Position numbers and translations under genes: made by a program. Source: Chiloscyllium plagiosum (lineage: Eukaryota). From it: DNA of 64,000 nucleotides. The notes below the pieces were generated by a model. The model did no database searches. It was not told the origin of the DNA and saw only the letters and a program-made list of their open reading frames with translations. Position 1 is the first letter of the stretch, and every line of letters starts with the position of its first letter. Of the stretch, positions 1-12,181 are shown in pieces. The stretch is from positions 40,467,323-40,531,322 of the forward strand of contig NC_057719.1 of the NCBI RefSeq assembly GCF_004010195.1. The letters run 5' to 3'.

Positions 1-70
1 AGTGACATTAAATATAAAATGCTTTTGTAAATGCTGTTACCTAACAAACATTTTTTTCAATGAAAAATAG

Positions 71-244
71 GGGCTTTATTGAATTTGTGCAAAATCCAAT
101 AAAAAGAGCACAGATCCATCCTGCAGTATACATGGCACTGAAGATGGCCCATCAACGTATTCCCTTGCAGTTAAAGGTTCATTCTGTGGAGGAGATTGAG
201 TTATTGATCCAAGGACAACCTAGTTCAGGCTTGCGGAGTCCAAG
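71..244 (+). CDS. TDRD9: TDRD9 internal coding exon (GFIEFVQNPIKRAQIHPAVYMALKM...SGLRSPR)
   Basis: AG at 69-70 and GT at 245. Peptide resembles human TDRD9 AFVEFSRNP..PAVYMAIKM..VHSAEEIE. Phase 2 joins the next exon. Confidence 0.93.
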
Positions 245-1035
245 GTAATACCTTATTTGGGTGATAAAGGAATAAATAATGTATATTTTGGCTGAGTTTT
301 GAAAATTGCAATATTGAGAAAGGCGTACACAATATTTTTTGATGGTAGGTTTGTGGCAAACTCTGATATCATGCTGATCAGTGGAGAGCCTGCACCTTCT
401 GTTCTGTTACTGCATTGGTATTAATTCTTTTGATCAGGGTGTAGAACTGCGGAGGAAAAATGAAGCATACTTTCTGTTTTCTACAATTTTGTGGTATTTT
501 CTTGACAGAAAGAAATTTGTTCAAATATTTGACTGGCAATCTAGGTAGCAACACTACAGCAGAATTTTTTATTTGGAGCTGTGGTCACCACAGCCAGTGA
601 GTGGAAGACCGGTTTTGTTTTTTATTTCTTGAAAATTCTGAAATGAACCATCAAATGATGCAGTCGGAGGAGCCATGAGAAATATGACAGAAATCCTATG
701 TTTTAAAATAAAAACTCCAGAACTGCAGAGGCAGGCTTTTTAAAAATTCATTCATCGGATGTCAGCATGGCTAGCTCAGCCAAAAGTTATTGTCCATCCC
801 TAGTAGCCCTTGAGAAGCTAGAGGTGAACTGTTTTTTTTTGAATAGCTGCATTTCATGTGCTCCAAAACATCATGTAGCAGTATAGAATATCTGGGGAAG
901 AAGTAGCCATATGAAAGATCGAAGGGAAAGCCTTACCAATGTTTGGAATCATACTGACCATAAAGGAAAATAGTAGTAGTTTCGAAAATTGTTCATCACA
1001 GTCCCAGAACATATTTGCGGGGGTTTCGCGAGTTG

Positions 1036-1335
1036 ATATTTCCTTACCAACCTGTTCAGAGATATTATTATGCATTTCTAGAATAGGTGAGATTTGATCC
1101 CAGGCCTCCTGGCTGCAAACTAGAGATCAGTAGGTGGAACTTGGAACTCATGCTTTCCTACCCAGAGGTTGGGGACAATAGCACTGTCGTGAGAGCCATG
1201 ATCTGTTTGTCAGTGTAGATACCTTCCTAAACAACCTGTTCGGACATGTTATGACAACTGTCTGGAGCAGGTGGGACTAGAACCCAGACCTCCTGGTTCA
1301 GAGGTAGACACACATACCAGTATGCCTCAAGAGCT
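1036..1335 (-). mobile_element. Cluster of three degenerate tRNA-derived SINE heads
   Basis: Three related units (aggtg(g/a)(g/a)a(c/t)t(t/a)ga.c.ca.....cct) whose reverse complement contains a box-B-like GGTTC(A/T)A(G/A)T(C)C. Confidence 0.5.
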
Positions 1336-2394
1336 GCTTACCATTTCTCAGGGTACTTACTGATCTATCCTCAACCATCTTTAGCTGCTTCATCAATGAA
1401 CTTCCTTCCATCATAAGGTCAGAAATTTGCTGAACATTGTGCAATGTTCAGCATTCATAACTCTGCAGATACTGAAGTAGTCTTGGCCATATGCAGCAAG
1501 AGTTGGATAACATTCAGACTTAGGCGATAAATAACAAGGAACATTCATGCCACACAAGGAAAAAGCAATTTCCATCTCCAACAACAGAGAATCAAACCAT
1601 ATTGCCTTACCTTTAATGACATTAACTAACTGATTTCCCCCACTCTCAACACCCTGGGAGCTTTCATTAACGAGAAACTGAATCAGATTGCCTTTTAAAC
1701 ACTGAAGTTACAAGAGCAGGCCAGCTACTAGACTGAGACAAATAAGTCATCACCTGACTTGCAGCCTGGTCTCTTGGTGGCTTGTGGTGGGTCTTGGCCT
1801 AGTCTGTTGGTGGCTTGTGGCTCATCCCAGCCTGGTCTCGCGACAACTCGTGGCGGTGTCTTGGCTCGGCGTGTGAGTGGATCCTGCCTGGGTACTGGGG
1901 TTGATTGAAATGGTGTAGCTTCAGCAGCAGCGACGGTATCTGCAGTGGGGCTGTCGAGGGAAGAGCAAGGTAAGTGAAGGACTCATCAAAGCCTGTTTTA
2001 CCTTTTAACTAGTCCTTTATTTTTTCTAGTTTAAACTATGAAAGATTTCAATAATTATTATTATCTTATTTCTTTATTTATCTACTATTCTGAAGTAATG
2101 CTTAACTTATTAACTCTTTCTTTCTTACTACTTTGACCTTAAGTTTTTTTGGTACCTTTTAATACCTAAGATGGTGCCATCTGTGGCAAAACTATACACC
2201 TTTCTCTATACTCCTGTACTTCAGTACACGTGACAAACTCTAAAATCTAAATCTACTATTGTCATAGCAAAAGTTAGGAATGTAATGGAATATTCTCCAC
2301 TCACCTGGATGGGTACAGCTCTCAATAGACTCAAGACGCTTGACACCAATCAGGACAAATTGACTTGCACCTTATCCGTCACCTTCTATAACAT

Positions 2395-3235
2395 CATAAG
2401 AGGTAAGAGCATAAATGGGCCTTTCAGCCCATCAAGTTTGCTCTGCTATTCAGTGCCTTTTCCCCATAGCCTTTGATTCTCTCACACAAAAACAACGGCT
2501 ATTCTCAGCCTTGAATAACTTAACAACCCAGTCTTTACAGACTTCTGCAATTCAACAGATTGACTACCCTCTTGAGATGAAATTGCCCCTTATCATTGAC
2601 TTAAATGAGGAACACTTTTTACTCTAAGATTATGCCCTCTGGTCCTAGGCTGTCCCACAAAGGGAAACATCCTTTCTGCATCTACCCTTCCAAATTCCCT
2701 ACGAATCTTCCATATTCTAAGAAGGTAACTGCATTCTGAATTGCAATGCATACAGGCCCGACCTACTCAACCTTTCCTCATAAGATAGTCTCTCCATATC
2801 CAGCATTAACCCAGTGAATTTTCTCTTGACTGCCCAAATTTCACCTTGGATAAGGGGACCAAAACTGTTTGCAGTGTTTCAGGAGTGGTCTAACTAGTGC
2901 TTTGTGTAATCTTAGCAATGCTTCCCTATTTTTACACATCATTCTCTTTGAAATAAATGCCAACATTTCATTTACCTGCTGTGTTACCCACTGAACTTGA
3001 CTGCTGGCTTTTTGTGATTAAGCATGAGGACTCCCAAATCTTTGTATTTAATCTTTCTCTATTTAAATAAAATAAAGTTCCCCAATTCTTCCTGTCAAAG
3101 TACATAACCTCACAACTTCCCATATAATATTCCGTCTGCCAAGATTTTGCACACTTGCTCAATCTGTCTATATCCCTCTGCAGATTCTTTGTGTCATCCT
3201 CACTACTTGCCTTTCCATATATTTTTGTGTCAACA
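2395..3235 (-). mobile_element. CR1 LINE 3' fragment
   Basis: Minus ORF 2968..3285 (DTKI..G...LQRDIDRLSK.AKSWQ) is a CR1 RT C-terminal region, followed by a CR1-like 3' tail. Confidence 0.8.
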
Positions 3236-4104
3236 CTTATTTCCTCCACACTTGACGCAATAGTGCATATAATCTCCAAAAGCATTGCAGTGACTTAAAC
3301 AAGGCTCCTGCAGCAGCAACTTTTAAGCCCACAATTTCAACCACCTGGATTGATAACAGCAGCAGAAGCATGGGAGCACCTCTACTTGGTTCCCCTCCAG
3401 TGAGATACTATCATGAATTCGAATAGTTTAGCCATTCCTTCCCTGTTTGAGATCAAAATCCTGGAGCTTCCTACCTCACACCACTGTGGCATCCCTCCAT
3501 CCCAGGACTGCAGCACTTAAAGAAACATTTAACAGTTCTTTATTGAGAACATTTAGGGATTGGGAATAAATGCTGGCCTTGCCAATAAAGACAATACCCT
3601 GTAAATAAATATAAAAGAAAAGAGGCCTTCAACTAGAATGTTCATAGGTATAGATAAATTCCAATTCTTTAATGTCAGTGAGCAGTTAGCTTTAAAAATT
3701 GTTGAAAGTATTATTCAAAAATCGTGACAGCAGAAACTGAATTGTGGACAGTATTTGACATTTGCAAGGTTTATGTTAGTTTATTTCAAAACCTGGGTGA
3801 TCTTTCACTTGACAAATGCTCTTCTGTTTTAACATTCTCAAGATCTGAGTCTTCTGACAAAGTGTGTTTTGCAAGCAGATAGTGTGCGTAATTGTATATT
3901 TTCATTCTTTGGACCTGGACTGGCATGGCTGATGCTTATTGTTCATTCTGATTTGCCTCTGAGAAGTTAACAAAAGGTGGTCTTTGTATGAACTGCTGAT
4001 AGTAGGTTTTGTCATGTTGGCTCACTGAACTACTTCAGAAGACAATTAAGAGTGAACCAAATTAATCTGGGACTGATGGTGCACTAGGCCCAACGAATAA
4101 GGAC

Positions 4105-4291
4105 GTAAAAACAAATTGCTGGAAAAGCTCAGCAGGTTTGGAAGTATCTGTGGAGAGAAATCAGTGTTAATGTTTTGGGTCCAGTGACCCTTGCACAATT
4201 CTGATTTCTCTGCACAGATGCTGCCAGACCAGTGAGCTTTTCCAGAAATTTCTGTATTTGTTTCTGATTCCTAGCATCTGCCGTTCGTAGA
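4105..4291. mobile_element. Fold-back PLE-derived mini-element with decayed hammerhead motif
   Basis: Inverted arms (ctggaaaagctcagcagg...gagagaaatcag / ctgatttctct...gagcttttccag). TSD gaataaggac at 4095-4104 and 4292-4301. Confidence 0.7.
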
Positions 4292-4492
4292 GAATAAGGA
4301 CACAAGCTTGTTTCTTCCAAATGGAAGAACACTGACTTAATACTGGAAGATTAGTGTCCACTTTGGAAAGTTTTAGCATCAACTTTAATCTTTGTGAGTT
4401 TGGATGTCAAGAATGTTGCAATATTTATTGTCAATGCCGAGATCGTTTGTAGTCATTGTACATCTGAATATAACGAGTTAACTCCATTGCAG

Positions 4493-4610
4493 GTTCTGTG
4501 TGGGCTATCAAAATTGGACTGTTCAACTGATGCCTGAAGAAAAATCACATGGTCCTTTGGAATTGCCTTGTAACCCTGTTCCACGCTTTTTCACCATGAA
4601 TGTCACTGAG
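4493..4610 (+). CDS. TDRD9: TDRD9 coding exon (FCVGYQNWTVQLMPEE...FFTMNVTE)
   Basis: ttgcag acceptor and GAG|gtaatg donor. Phase 2 to 0 continuity. Ends TMNVTE, like human TIDVTE. Confidence 0.88.
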
Positions 4611-5072
4611 GTAATGACAAAAAAACTGAACACAATGTAAATGGTTGAGGCAAGCATCATGAGATCAAGGGCAAGGGTTTATATTTGAAGCAGATGAAGA
4701 TACAAGTCTGTGCTAAGTGAGAGACTAAACAATATGCTGAATGGCCTTATGTACTGTGATCATTTATACTTCTAGTTTGCAGAAGTGCAGCATGATTAGA
4801 GTTCAGTTATTGTTGAAATAAATGTTAATTTTTATTTCTTTGCAGTGGTACATGTTAATACGGTTGATGGAATGCTGTTTGTAACATAAATTTTGATTAG
4901 CACGATATGATTTAATGCAAAGTTAAAACCCTGTTACAGTTTTGTTTTTTTCAACTTGACTAGAATGTATTTAGCATGTCTAGCAATCATAATTGCAATT
5001 GCAATTTTTGACTTTATGTTAGTTGTCTAACTGTGCTCTTTGGTAATGAATTATTTAATTCTTTTCCCTCAG

Positions 5073-5282
5073 GTTGTTGAAGTTGGGCACTTTTGGGGTT
5101 ACAGAACAGATGGACAAAGCTTGCACACTTTAAGCAAATTGATGACTGAAATTAATCAGTTGAAGTTGACAGCACTGAGCTTGGAGCCATGTCCTGACTT
5201 TTGTCTTGCACCATTTACAGAATGCAATGAAACTCACTATTACAGAGCTAAAGTCTTGCAAGTCTCCGGCAATTCTGCTGAG
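5073..5282 (+). CDS. TDRD9: TDRD9 coding exon, Tudor domain N-part (VVEVGHFWGYR...CLAPF..YYRAKVLQVSGNSAE)
   Basis: 210 nt, AG/GT flanked. VVEVGHFWGYR and VSGNSAE motifs are characteristic of TDRD9. Confidence 0.96.
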
Positions 5283-5354
5283 GTCAGCTTTAAAAATTGT
5301 AATCTATGTATCTTTTTCTTAATTATTAATTTGATATCACATTTGTAGATTTTG

Positions 5355-5650
5355 CTCTGCTTAGGTAGTAGCACTCTCCCTTCCAAATCAGAAAGCTGTG
5401 GGTTCAGTTCATTCTGAACTTGATGTACAATGCTCATATTAAGGAGTAATAGTGAAGTTATTCTGCCAGATTAAAAACTGGTGCTTTGGTTTAAATGTTA
5501 GACAGTTGCTTCTGTGTCCTGTTTGGATGAGTACTTAAGCAAACTTGATAATGCGACTTAAAGGACCGAGAGTTCTCCTGTCCTGGTCATTATGCTTTCA
5601 AGCATCATTGTCAGAAACAAATTAACTGTTTGATACATTAATTGCACAAA
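5355..5650 (+). mobile_element. Degenerate Deu-domain (SacSINE1/AmnSINE1-like) SINE
   Basis: tRNA-like head followed by decayed Deu core (gagttctcctgtcctggtc...aaac...). Confidence 0.45.
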
Positions 5651-7019
5651 GAAAGAACATACTTGACTATGTTATGGCAATTATTTGGCAGATATTACAT
5701 TCAGCCTATACTGCATGGAGGATGATTCATAAACTCTTAACCCACAAGTTAATGCATGCTACCTTGTAAAGATATTTGGTGACTGCATATTGTAATTTTC
5801 TGTTTGTGTGATACTTTAAAATAATTCAATGACATTTTTGCCCAAATGCTGGTTTTGCAGGTAGATGTGTTTCCATGCAGTCATGTTATAGAAATTTGTG
5901 CAATCGAAGTATTTGGGCCTATAGGAAAGACAGGGTGATGGACCCCAGTTTAGCGGACCTGTCCATTTGTGGTCAGTTACAGAAATGCCAAGTTGTTACA
6001 AGTGAAAGTTCCCAATGTATTGTTGTATTCCCAGCTCCTTGTGGAGTGGAATTTATCCAGATCCTGGCTCTCTGCCATGAAACTTCGTGAAACTTCCAGA
6101 AGTTTATTTTTTGGCACAAGTAAAATCTCCTTCCTTCGAGAGGGTAGCTAAAGGGCCTGGGAGGCGCTCAATGGCTGGACATTTTGATGGGTCTTAAGTT
6201 TCAGAGAGAATGAGGGGTCGATAGTCTCAGACCCCACCCACCCCTTCAAACAGAGACTGGGTGAACTTGGATCTGGCATTACCTGGGTATGGGTGGGATT
6301 GGGAGAGATGAGGCTCAGCAGTAGTCTGTCCTTAGTTTCACATCACCTCCATTCTACTCTCAAATCCTCTTTTGTAAAGTCATCGTGCGTTAAAGCTTCA
6401 GATACTCAGCAACTGAGCCTCTGCTTAACAAAAGCTCCTGATTACTCCATAGCATTCACTGGACGTTGCTGTATTTGTTTTTTTTTGCTCCTGATCTCTG
6501 TCTGTCTGTCTCTCTCTCTCCACTCCTCAGCCCCCATCCCCCCCACTCTGTGCATGATCCCAGTAAGCATTCCAGCAAAATATTCCAATGTTCGCTTCCC
6601 CATGTTAGTTGCAGATAGAAGCAAAAAAATACACGCACACAGACGACAGCCTATTGCAATAGATGTACCAGCAGACTAAATCGCAACTGGCTTGTAATAA
6701 ATGCGATTGAATCGCATAACAGCAAATAGGAGCTCGTTTTATAAAAATCACATCCTGTGGCAGCCAAATCACGTTTATGAAATGCGCGTTATATGAGAAA
6801 TACTGACATCTTGCTCCTAAGATTGCTTGGCCATTTTTGTTTCAATTTATTTTTTTAAATTAGCTTCCTTCCACTTTATAGGCTGGTAACATGGTTTCAC
6901 ATATTTGCCTATGTACAACTTTACATTTTATAAAATATTGTTCCAATCCACCTTAACCAATTTGTGTTTCATGCCTTCATAATTTCCCTGCTTCATATTG
7001 AACATTCTTGCTTCAAAAG

Positions 7020-8499
7020 CTATAAAGAAAAGTAAGATAAAACATGAGAAAAAAACTAGCACAGAATATAAAGGCAGATAGCAAAAGTTTCTATAAATAT
7101 ATAATAAACAAGAGTGGCTAAAGTAAACGTTAGTCCTTTAGAAGATAAGGGGCATTTAGTCATGAGGTATGATGAAATGGCCGAAGCATTGAATAGGTTT
7201 TTTGTGTTGGTCTTCACAGTGGTAGACACGAATAACATGCCAGTAATTGAGAAAGAGATTAAGGTAGGTCAGGACCTGAAAACCATTATTATCATGGAAG
7301 AGATAGTGTTGGGCAAGATAATGGAGCTAAGGATAGCCAAGTCTCCTGGCCCTGATGGAATGCATCCCAGGGTATTAAAAGAGTTGGCAGGAGAAATAAC
7401 CAGTTTACTTGTAATTTTCCAAAATTCGCTGAACTCTGCAGCAGTTCCAGCAGATTGGAAAATGACAAATGTGACGCCACTGTTTAAAAAGGGTGGTAGA
7501 CAAAAAAAAAATGGAGAATTATAGACCGGTTAGCTTAACTTCTGTAGTGGGGAAGATGCTTAAGTCTATTATCAAGGAAGAAATAGCAAGGTGTTGAGAT
7601 AGAAATTGACTTGTTGGGCAGACGCAGCTTGAGTCAGGTCATGCTTAACTAATCTTTTGGAATTCTATGAAGACATTACAAGCACAGTGGACAACAGGAC
7701 CCAGTAGATGTGGAGTATCTAGATTTCCAAAAGGCCTTTGATAAGTTGCCGCACAAAAGGCTGCTGCATAAGATAAAGATGCAAGGCGTTACAGGTAAAG
7801 TAGTAGCATGGATAGAGGATTGGTTGACTAATAGGAAGTAAAGAATGGGGATAAATTAGTGCTAATCTTGGCAATCAGTAGCTCGTGATGTGCCTCAGGG
7901 ATCAGGTTTGGGAGTTCAATTATTCACAATTTATGTAGATAATTTGGAATTGGGGACCACGTGTAGTGTCAAAGTTTGCAAATGACACGATGGTGAGTGG
8001 CAGAGCAAAGGACTGTGAATCTTTGCAGAGGAACATATACTTTAAGTGAATGGGCAAAGGTCTGACAGGTGGAATATTATGTTAACAAATGTGAAGTAAT
8101 CTATTTTGGCAGGACGAACAGTAAGAAGGGCTGTTATTCGAATGGTAAAAGGTTGTAGCATGCTGCTATGCAGTGGGACCCGGGTGCCCTTGTGCATGAA
8201 TCATAGAAGGTTGGGCTGCAGGTACAACAGGGCATTAGGAAGGTAAAGGGAATCTTGTCCTTCATTGCTAATGTGATTGAGTTGAAATGCAGGGCGTTTA
8301 TGCTGCAGCAGCACAGAGTGCTGGTAAGGCCACATCTGGAATACTGTGTACAGTTTTGGTCTCCCTACTCAGGAAAGGATGTATTGGCACCAGACGGGGT
8401 GCAGTGGAGGTTTACTGGGTTGATTGTGGAGTTAAAGGTGTTGGCTTATGAGGAGAGACTGAGTAGAGTGGGACTATATTCATTGGAATTTAAAAGAAT
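7020..8499 (+). mobile_element. CR1 LINE ORF2 (RT) fragment, disabled
   Basis: KSPGPDGMHPRVLKEL, WKMTNVTPLFKKG, YLDFQKAFDK and LVRPHLEYCVQFWSP motifs, with frameshifts and stops. Confidence 0.92.
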
Positions 8500-9680
8500 C
8501 GCCTGCTGGTCCCTCTCCCCTATGAGAACATTCTGCACTCTCTCCAAGATATCCTTGATCCTGCCACCAGGGAGGCAACACACCATTCTGATTTCCCACT
8601 GCCAGCTGCATAAATGCCAATTGCATTGACGGACTAGGGAATTCCCTGTCACAGCCTATCACTTGGAACCTGTTGTATTCCTCATTACATTAAAGGCATT
8701 CTCAGTACCAGAAACTTGGCTGTTCATGCTTCATTCCTCTGAGAGTCCATCACCTCCTACATTTTCCAGAACAGCATACTTGTTTGAGATGGGGATAGCC
8801 ACAGGAAACTCCTGAATTACCTCCCGCCCTCTCCTACCTTTCCTGGGGTTAACCCATCTACCTGACTGTATCTGTACCTTTTCTCCCTTCCTGCAACTGC
8901 TATCCATCACACCCCCTAACTCCTGTAAATTGTTTATTGCCTGTAACTGGAGCTCCATGCGATCCAATAGGGTTTGCAACCAAAGACACTTTCTGCAGAC
9001 ATAATCATCAGTAATTTGGAATCTCTCCCTAAACTCCCACATCTGACAGGAAGAGCACATCCCTTTACTAAAAGCCATCTTTGTACCCTCACAATCTATA
9101 GACCATAAAATAGCACCATCTTATTGCTCTAATAAGAACTGCTCTGAGCCGACTCAGTACATATGGTTTATTTTCAAAACATTTAATCAAGAGACAGATC
9201 TCAATAAAATATATAGTCAAGAAAGAACCCACTCACTATTGTAGATTTACAGTAAGGTTACACTTAATAACTATGCACTTATCTGCTCCTGTGCTGTGAA
9301 CTCTCCCACACAGGTTCCTCCAAGCTGTGAATTTCACTGTTTGTGAATTTTTCCTAGATGCACTCTGATGTGCAGAGAGATTTGAACTCGAACAGTAAAG
9401 GCAGTAACTGCAGATTCATTGCTGTGTCCGACAGCCGTGTAGGTTTCTTTGTCTAACCATGTAGTTCCTGCCTTGTCCGCCTTCCTCCTTTTTAAAGTAC
9501 CGTTGTTTTGATCTTTTCTCCCCCAAAGTTCCAAAACAATACAACAGCATATAAAACTGTAATTGCTGGTCCTGGAATTTGAGGAAATCACCTTTAACAC
9601 CTAAAATACCTGAAAAAAAGGAGCAATCTTATAACCACAATTTTTTTACCATCCTCCATCTTGGATTATCCAGAATAAGG
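8500..9680 (-). mobile_element. CR1 LINE 5' part: 5' UTR plus ORF1 (Cys-rich zinc finger/leucine zipper)
   Basis: Minus ORF 8731..9078 (MCSSCQMWE..YVCRKC..L..R.EL.L; IPISNKYAVL) and downstream RMVCCLPGGRIKDILERVQNVL esterase-like motif, typical of CR1 ORF1. Confidence 0.8.
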
Positions 9681-9719
9681 TATAATTATTTAAGTTATTA
9701 TTCCTTATTTGATTAAACT

Positions 9720-10010
9720 ATTTCCTCCAGATGTGATTAAAATTGGTCTTCACACAAATGATAAATTGTCACATTGCTTTAGGTGTTTGAAAATTAATTT
9801 ATCTCATTTTACTTTGTAATTCCCTCTAAACCCTTCCTATTCATATACCCATCCAGGTGTCTTTTAAGTGTTGTAAAAAACATCTAGATGGGTATATGAA
9901 TAGGAAGGGTTTAGAGGAAATTACAAAGTAAAATGTGAGAGATTAATTTTCAAACATCTAAAGTAAATGTGATTTGTGCGAAGTCCAATTTTAGTCACGT
10001 CTGGAGAAAT
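9720..10010. repeat. About 290-bp imperfect palindrome next to a CR1 3' end (about 10015-10180)
   Basis: Arms of about 140 bp are reverse complements (e.g. cctctaaacccttcctattcatatacccatc / gatgggtatatgaataggaagggtttagagg). Confidence 0.85.
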
Positions 10011-10437
10011 GAATTTAAATGTTGTAAAAGGCATCTGGATGGGTATAAGAATAGGAAGGGTTTAGAAGGATATGGGTCAAGTGCTGGCAATTAGGACTAG
10101 ATGAGTTTAGGATACCTGGTTGGCATGGATGAGTTGAACCGAAGAGTTTGTTTACATGATGTACATCTTTATGACTTAAGAGTAGTGAAAGGATTATCAC
10201 ATGACTCCTTGTAGTCTGAACTCACTCTGATTTATCCTCACTGTGTTGTCAGATCACTGCTGCTACATTCCCTCCCATGCCGTTCTTAGCACACTGAGAA
10301 CAGCAGCAGACAATCTTCAGCCCTTTCTGTCTTTGAGTAATGTTTGCTTTTTGAACTATATTCCAAGTTAAGCAGTAATGCCAAATGCATACATATTTTT
10401 AAGAACTCTAACTCATGTTTATGGAAATACTTTACAG

Positions 10438-10527
10438 GTATTCTTTGTGGATTATGGAAACACGGCTAAAGTTACGATAGATCTATTACGGAATATTCCA
10501 CATAATCTTCTGGAACTGCCTTTTCAG
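10438..10527 (+). CDS. TDRD9: TDRD9 coding exon, Tudor core (VFFVDYGNTAKV...LLELPFQ)
   Basis: 90 nt, ttacag/gtatcg flanks, Tudor FVDYGN motif. Confidence 0.96.
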
Positions 10528-11111
10528 GTATCGGTCCTATGGCAGATGCAATGTCTTTTGTTTGGAAAGTAACTGACCACTAAGCCACTTGCTGTCTCTA
10601 AAAATAAATTTGTGTCTCCTGATGTGTGAGTTTGAGCAAAGTTGTAAATTTCATGCTAAACACTTGAGAGAATAGCATGGATTTATGGAATAAGCATCCA
10701 ACGATGCAGATTGGCGTTGGGGGACTAGTTCCATGGCTCAGGAGTTTGGTATCTAGGGTGTCATTGCGACAATTTGTGGAGCGAAGAAAATTGCAGATGT
10801 GCAAAAGATGCTGAATTGGAGAAGCGCAGTCATGGGATTCTTCATTGTAGCCATTAATGTAACCCCCAGAAATTTTTTTTTAAAACATAGTTTCTGGCTA
10901 ATTAATTCCTGATTCTTTACAGAATATATTTGAAAACATATAATACAAGCTTCCATGTATTTTACTTAATGACATAATTGATTAAGTTTCTCATTTGTTC
11001 TGTTACATCGCCTGTAAAATTATGCCAGTTGAATGTTTACCTTGTATGGGTAGTAGTAGTAGTTGGCATTTGTATTCTGGTGGTAAGAGTTGGGTTTTCT
11101 ATTGTGTTCAG

Positions 11112-11369
11112 GCTCTTCAGTGTCAACTTTGCAATATCCGTCCTTCTGCATATTCTCTGATACATGGAGATCAGTGGAATGTCAAGGCCAGAAGAAGATT
11201 CAGCTCCCTGGTGAAAAACTGTGTACTACTTGTGAAAGTTTTCTCTGTTGTACATAATGTGCTCCGTGTAGATCTCACCATACAGACTTCCAAACTTGAC
11301 TGTAATGTACGGGAAATACTCATTAGTGAAGGTTTTGCTGAACCAGCTGAAGAGACTTATGAATCAAAG
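11112..11369 (+). CDS. TDRD9: TDRD9 coding exon (ALQCQLCNIRPSA...LLVKVFSVVHNVL...EETYESK)
   Basis: 258 nt in frame. Matches human LLVKVFSVVHSVL and EESYESK. Confidence 0.95.
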
Positions 11370-12181
11370 GTTTGATGTTTACAAGTTAATATTGTTAAAT
11401 TTTAAACTGTCTATACAAACTAACACAATTCCAATTTAGAAAGTAGGTGGACTTGAGTTTGAATTTAGACCACAAGATGAAAGGACAGAGGTACACCAGT
11501 TGGCCTGTCAAGTTTCCTCTGCCAGTCAATGAAATCATGACTCATCTCATTATTCTCGATTTCACATTCCTACCTTATCCTCAGAATTCTTGTTCTCTTT
11601 TCTGATTTAAAAAGCTCATCCTTGAACTGAATGACTCAGTCTTGAAGGTCCTCTGTGGTAAAGAATAAACATTGACTTCCATCTGAGAGAAGAGTTTCCT
11701 CCTCATCTTTGCCTTAAATTAGTGACTTTTCTTCTCTGAGATTATGCCCTCTAGTCCTACAGTCTCCTACAGAGGGAAACTGCCTCACTGCATCTACCCT
11801 ATCAAGTCTTCTAAGAGTCTTGCATATTTCGATAAGGTTGCTCTCATTCTTCTAAACTCCAACAAGTACAGATCTATTTCTGAACCAATTACCTACCCAG
11901 CCTCTCCTTATAAGAAAATCCCGCATATATGAACAAAACTTAATGAACTTGCTTTTAGACTTCTTCCAATTCCTGTATATCTTTCCTTAGGCAAGACCAA
12001 CATATCATTTACCTTCATTTTTACCTGCTGAGCTTGAATGCAGACTTTTTGTGATTCATATGTAATGACCTCCTAATCCATCTGTTCTGCAGCTTTCTGT
12101 CATCTTTCCCCCATTTTAAAAATACTCAGTTCTCCTGTACTTTATACCAAAGTGATTAATCTCACATTTTCTCACATTATA

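Noticed and set aside
5858..6808. Possible Tigger-like element and 128-aa ORF 6293..6679
   Set aside because: The right end looks TIR-like but I could not match the left end convincingly. The ORF is low-complexity with no recognisable domain.
8731..9078. Standalone zinc-finger gene on the minus strand
   Set aside because: Better explained as CR1 ORF1, given the adjoining frameshifted esterase-like motif.
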